Shown here: positions 53,924-64,000 of the stretch, one piece after another
How the letters are laid out: every line of letters begins with the position of its first letter
How positions within the stretch are numbered: the stretch's first letter is position 1
NCBI GenBank assembly: GCA_965644295.1
Contig: CBFFRP010000668.1
Span: 1-64,000, forward strand
DNA: 64,000 bases
Reading direction: 5' to 3'
DNA from: Paraphysomonas bandaiensis
Taxonomy: Eukaryota > Protista > Chrysophyceae
Notes under the pieces: generated by a model
What the model was told of the DNA's origin: nothing
Database searches by the model: none
The model's input: the letters and a program-made list of their open reading frames with translations, nothing else
Translations under genes and position numbers: made by a program

Positions 53924-54402
53924 TCAGTGCTTAACTCTGATATCCTACTATTTAGCGCTACGAGGGCTGCTTGTGCGTTACCACATGCACCAAGGTACAA
54001 AGAGTTTTTCTCTATTACTCAAAGCAAACGCAGTGAGCAAGCAGAATGTTGATATACCTGATATCTGCTGACTTCAGGATTCTAGAGTCCTTAAGGTGAA
54101 CAGCCCGGATGCTTGACGTTAGCAGGCAGCCCAACACCCCAATTGCCCGTCAGGTGGGGCCATTCCCGGACGATTGACTTCAGTAGGGAAGGATGGATGG
54201 ATTGACAAGGCCCAATGACGTCTACACAAGAGACACATATAATAGTGTCTCTTGTACCACACAAGCATTTGGCTATGAGTGGACAGAACAATATCTGGTG
54301 TTATATGCTTGCGGCACACATTAGTTTCCCGAAGAAATACCTCTGGTACTTATCTTCCAGAACATCACGAAAAGGTGCGAGTCCGACTTTTTGTTGAGAG
54401 CA
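53924..54402 (-). mobile_element. Family X, near full-length copy
   Basis: Collinear with 15358-15832. Confidence 0.8.
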
Positions 54403-55187
54403 CCTTTACAAAAAGATTACGCGGGACTTTTATAGCTATATGCATGACTTACGTATGTATACTGCTCACAGAACTCTGATATCACCACTCTACTATTCAA
54501 CGACTTGAAAAATGTACTTCAAGTACATATGAACGCCTGTTCAGCGCAGTTAGTGCTGCTCAAACGTATGCACCCTAGTACAGTTAATATTATGATGTTG
54601 TTTCTGAAATTACTTAAATTTGAATGAATGTTGTGATAATAAAATAACCAATGATGTCTCAGAAAATGTGTAGGATGAAAGTATTAAGATTCACCTTTAT
54701 ATAAGATAGTGTTCAAGATATATCATGAACTGAATTAGAGAAAATACCTGTTGAAGATACGTGACTGTCATCATAACGATCGTCATTACCAGTTATACTT
54801 CGAACTATTCCGTTGTGTGCGATAGTTATGTTCTGCCTGCATCATTATTCACATTTCTACATTACTGTGTTCATCACATTACGTTCTATCTAAATCACAT
54901 CATTCTTACTATTACTAAGCTTAAATCTGCAGTATGTGACTAGCTAGCTAAGCAGTAGGTAGTCTTTGTCTGGCAGCATAGTGGGTTTTGTTATCATGTG
55001 ATCTTACTGACTATAATACTAAGTGTGAAATCTACGCAAGTGTTTACTTATAGGCAATATATTACAATACGGTAGTATCGTATCGTCATTCAGTATTATT
55101 GGGTCGGTTTAAAAACTTCATCAATATTATTGGTGATACGCTATCTAGTAATACTATTGCAATTTATTGTTCCCTAGCCCTGAATCA

Positions 55188-55275
55188 CCCTAGTCATTGT
55201 AAACTGAAATTATGAATTATTAAATGACTAGGTTTTTCAACGACTTCACTAGGGTTTTACACCAATTTTGGTGTG
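55188..55275 (+). repeat. Fragment of the MULE subterminal region
   Basis: Aligns to 3977-4065. Confidence 0.8.
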
Positions 55276-56291
55276 AGGAGGAAATTACAAGGTTGAATAA
55301 TATATCAATTAATGGAGACGCAAGACGCAGCTCTGTTCGATAGCGTCCCAACACTAATATTGCAACACTGTATTAACCGCTACAATATATTTTAGTATCA
55401 TTAATCAGCAATTAAATACATGGGTATATCCCATTTTAATACGAGTTAACTTAAACCCTCAGGAGTACTAAAAATTTAACATACACACAAATAAAGTTAA
55501 TATACAGGAGTGTCTTTGAGGAAAGCCACTGGGAAATAACGTATAACACTTTCAGACACTCTACTATTTGTTCTTCAATTGTATTTAACATATATATCCA
55601 TTGAAATATGTGGAGCGCAATCATAGTGTCTTCTTTTTAGAAGAAGTACGCTTCTCAGGTCTTCGCAATCAGTCCTTGTAGCGACAGCCACTTCTCTATG
55701 CGTTAGTATATACATACATTGCTGCACTTGTATATTAACTATAATTAACAACTACTGTTTTGTTGTATCTCTCAACACCTTGTGTCGTAGATCGCAATTC
55801 ATAAGCATGACAAAGAATACTACTTGCCAGTTTCGGTTCACGACAAGTGTGAGTATTGTTCTTTCGGAACGTACATCTGATATAGCAGAAGTGAAGCAAT
55901 GATGAGGCAAGGTGCAGAGCAGAGGCCAGAGTGTGTCCCAACAACGACCTGCATGCATAGCTACACAGCACATAGCTAGTTCGATAGATACTGTATCCTC
56001 CTACAGGCTGGCTACTACAAACCGGAGTGCGAGAAACGGAGCGATTTTTGTGGTGTTGGTTGTCGTCATATATACGAAGTGCTGCTGTATGCATGTAGAA
56101 GTGGTGGATTTAATATATACAGCAGTATATTGCTGTATACCTGTATTCTGCTCTGCAGGTGGACCGTATATGAACTCACTCATTCGAACCGCGACGGTGA
56201 CTATAATCCTCCCTCTACCTCAAAGTATTCAAAGAGGGAAAGTGCAGCATAGCCGGGCCGCCACTTTCTTGTTTATTGGCTTGCACATATC

Positions 56292-60863
<4,572 letters not shown>

Positions 60864-61983
60864 CTATGCTTATATTACACCTCTATCTGGAAAAAGCAAG
60901 GCGAAATGGTATATATATCTTCTGGTAGTTTGCGAATGGTTTTGTGGCTGTTTCTGTAATAATATGTTTCTCATATTTCGCAATATTATCAATGTTTTAT
61001 ACGAATGCTTACACATTACAGATTAAATGAAACAACAGCCCTATTTTTGCACGCGTAATAATCTACAGTAATCACAGCATCAGATAAGCCTGAAACGGAT
61101 AATAGTTTTTTCACTGATTACTGATATCGGGAAATGTATTATACCCGCAGCCAGGCTAAAAATAGTTAATCAAATTATTTCAAAAGTATATTAAGATGAA
61201 AACTTTTAAAATAGACATGAAAAATCATACTGTATCGCATAAGCTGTTGTTGTAGGGTAGTAACAATACAATAAGAGTTTTAGTACTTCATTAACTAAAT
61301 ATAGTAATACATTTAGTGGTTCGATCTATCTGTTCATTGATTACTTGCCACAAAGTGAGGACTCATAATATAACAAAACTTTGTGTTACATAGTAGGTGT
61401 ATTTGTTAATGTAGAATATTTTGGAGACAAAGTTAATTAAAAGTGTTCACTACTGAACACTGCCAATGAAAATATGTCAACAATGCCGGCTGCAACAATT
61501 CCCAGATCTTAGAATGTGACAAATTACTGAAGGTTCTACGAATGGGTTACTGTACTGTAAGTACTAGAAGAATGATATAAGCGTCATTTTCTTATATCTG
61601 TATTTGAGGAGTTACTCTTGTGAGATCAAGAACATTGTGTACAGTGTGCAGGCCACCTCTATCTGACGTGTTAGCGAATAATATGGTGTTGACGATTATA
61701 TATGGAGCACTGTACAATTGTGCACATTGTGTAGGTGCTGCGCAGAAACATTTTAATGTGTGGTGATTAATTCCAACACTTCAACTCATACGAGCGCCGT
61801 CCCATTGCCAGCGTGTCGCTCTATGCTGGGCTATAAAACCCTAAAGTCCGTGGGTTGATTTTACACACCTCTAGACCTCTCCCTGACTATCTCAACTACT
61901 CGCACCACACTCACTCAACACTAAGACGGATTAGGCGCAAGATGATCTTCACGAAGCAAGAGATTGGACTGAGCTGCGGTGAG

Positions 61984-62618
61984 AGTACAGTGGTATAAGT
62001 ACAGTGGTATAAGTACAGTGGTATAAGTACAGTGGTATAAGTACAGTGGTATAAGTACAGTGGTATAAGTACAGTGGTATAAGTACAGTGGTATAAGTAC
62101 AGTGGTATAAGTACAGCGGTATAAGTACAGCGGTATAAGTACAGTGGTATAAGTACAGTGGTATAAGTACAGTGGTATAAGTACAGTGGTATAAGTACAG
62201 TGGTATAAGTACAGTGGTATAAGTACAGTGGTATAAGTACAGCGGTATAAGTACAGTGGTATAAGTACAGTGGTATAAGTACAGTGGTATAAGTACAGTG
62301 GTATAAGTACAGTGGTATAAGTACAGTGGTATAAGTACAGCGGTATAAGTACAGTGGTATAAGTACAGTGGTATAAGTACAGTGGTATAAGTACAGTGGT
62401 ATAAGTACAGTGGTATAAGTACAGCGGTATAAGTACAGCGGTATAAGTACAGTGGTATAAGTACAGTGGTATAAGTACAGTGGTATAAGTACAGTGGTAT
62501 AAGTACAGTGGTATAAGTACAGTGGTATAAGTACAGCGGTATAAGTACAGCGGTATAAGTACAGTGGTATAAGTACAGTGGTATAAGTACAGTGGTATAA
62601 GTACAGTGGTATAAGTAC
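61984..62618. repeat. Tandem array of 45 copies of 14-mer AGTACAG(T/C)GGTATA
   Basis: 61984-62613 = 630 bp = 45 x 14; only one variable position. Confidence 0.98.
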
Positions 62619-62765
62619 TGTATGTGCTGCTCTATATACGGTACGGTATACCTGTGTATGGTATGCTACTGTACATCTCATGCAGCAGGACAGGCGTGTG
62701 TATATCGTTAACGTGTATGTCTTGGCCTATATATGCATATGTCAATGCAGTGACCCAGTGAACTC

Positions 62766-63720
62766 ATGCTTCGAATGAGTGTGTTGAACAGTGTGTTACT
62801 GGCCTGTAACTGTGGTTTATCCGTTAGCCGGTACGCATCAGTTCGACGGTTAGGGTATGATGCTCGTGCGCTCTCTCCGCAGCTCTTCATGCAGCTTCCG
62901 GTGTCTGCCGTACAGGAGGAGTCGCACAATGTCAAGTACTTTAAGGTGCAACTGCCGTCCCCTGATCACGAGACAGGGCTAACGACCTCCTCTTTCGTGA
63001 TGGTGAGTGCGTAATCTGTGCGTGTGTGTGTGTTGATGGGGTTCAGGTGAAGGGCAGCGAGGGGGTTGCTAGGCCATATACGCCCGTATCGCTAAACTCA
63101 CAAAAAGGATATTTTGAGCTCATTGTTAAACGCTACCCTGAGGGCAGAGTATCGTCCTATTTGCATTCACTTAGAGTTGGGGATTTTATAGAGGTAAAGG
63201 GCCCTTTCCCAAAGTTGGAGTATAGACCTAATATGAAAAGAAAAATCGCAATGGTAGCTGGAGGTAGTGGTATAACTCCAATGCTGCAGATTATTCGTGA
63301 AATTGTAAGCAATAAGCACGATAAAACGGAAGTGGATCTTCTATATGCCAACAGAGAAACCTGCGATATTTTACTGCAGGAAACACTGGAGAGCATTCAG
63401 TCTAAGCACCCGAATATTAGAGTGAACTATGTGCTTAGCCATCCACCAAGTGGGTGGACAGGGTACGCTGGACACATTAATGCGGGTATGATATCTGAAG
63501 CTTTACCCCCACCTGGAGATGATGTACTAGTATACGTTTGTGGTCCACCTGGAATGATGCACGCTGTCTCTGGAGACAAACAGCCTGACAAATCTCAAGG
63601 GCCTCTGTCAGGTGCACTTAAGGCCCTTGGTTATAGAGGTTGGTGTGATCATTTTATATTTTATAAGGTTTATGTGTTACTTCTGTATGTATTGCAGAGA
63701 ATATGGTATACAAGTTTTAA
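62766..63720 (+). CDS. NADH-cytochrome b5 reductase (MCR1/CBR2-like); 3 exons
   Basis: RPYTP, VKRYPEGRVS, MVAGGSGITPMLQ, VYVCGPPGMM, SQGPLSGALKALGY..VYKF. Confidence 0.93.
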
Positions 63721-63936
63721 GACTTGAACTTATGATATACAGTCAAGTTTTTGCTGTGGTTGAAAGCCCTGGTACTGAAAAGTTTGTATGTATGCTTAGT
63801 TCTACGGTCAAGTGTTTTCACTGGTCAAGATCTTTTATATTGAAAGTCTGTGTACCGATGGACCAGTGGTGCATAAAATGTAATTATATTACTATTACGT
63901 GTTTTGTAAATGAGTATAAATCAATACATTACTAAT

Positions 63937-64000
63937 TATTAGAATATGGATCTTATTCTAGTATATTCAGTATGTCACTTCAAGACAATGTACGAGAATA
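63937..64000 (+). mobile_element. Start of another LTR of the same Copia family (diverged), cut by the window end
   Basis: TATTAGAATATGGA..CTAGTATATTCA..AAGACAATGTACGAGAATA aligns to 4109-4172. Confidence 0.9.

Noticed and set aside
61911-62681. 256-aa repeat ORF or CRISPR-like array
   Set aside because: Head-to-tail 14-mer with no spacers and no cas genes; the ORF is a by-product.

Overview
Eukaryotic nuclear DNA with about 14 host genes carrying very short GT-AG introns (mostly 45-60 nt), interleaved with transposon debris. Gene content suggests a stramenopile/ochrophyte-type protist, but that is inference. 1-9.5 kb is a TE nest: the 3' end of a chromodomain Ty3/Gypsy element, a MULE-type transposase gene, and a full-length Ty1/Copia element with identical 293-bp LTRs inserted at the putative MULE terminus. 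Host genes: CAMK/CIPK-like kinase, WDR91-N-like protein, coiled-coil protein, myristoylated degenerate mito-PheRS paralogue, cytochrome b5, EF-hand protein, GDP-L-fucose synthase, an unknown basic protein, Sec14/CRAL-TRIO, mL41, TBL/PC-esterase, ERGIC3, SUMO-like+BTB, TBCD and cytochrome b5 reductase. Ten of these form head-to-head pairs. A ~480-bp non-coding repeat recurs at about 11 loci; it shares its 3' tail with an RNase-H-bearing LINE and its 5' end resembles an HDV-like ribozyme. hAT- and Tc1-type MITEs, LTR remnants, two (TACA)n arrays and a 45-copy 14-mer array are also present. No rRNA, tRNA or CRISPR was found. All calls are by eye; no searches were run.
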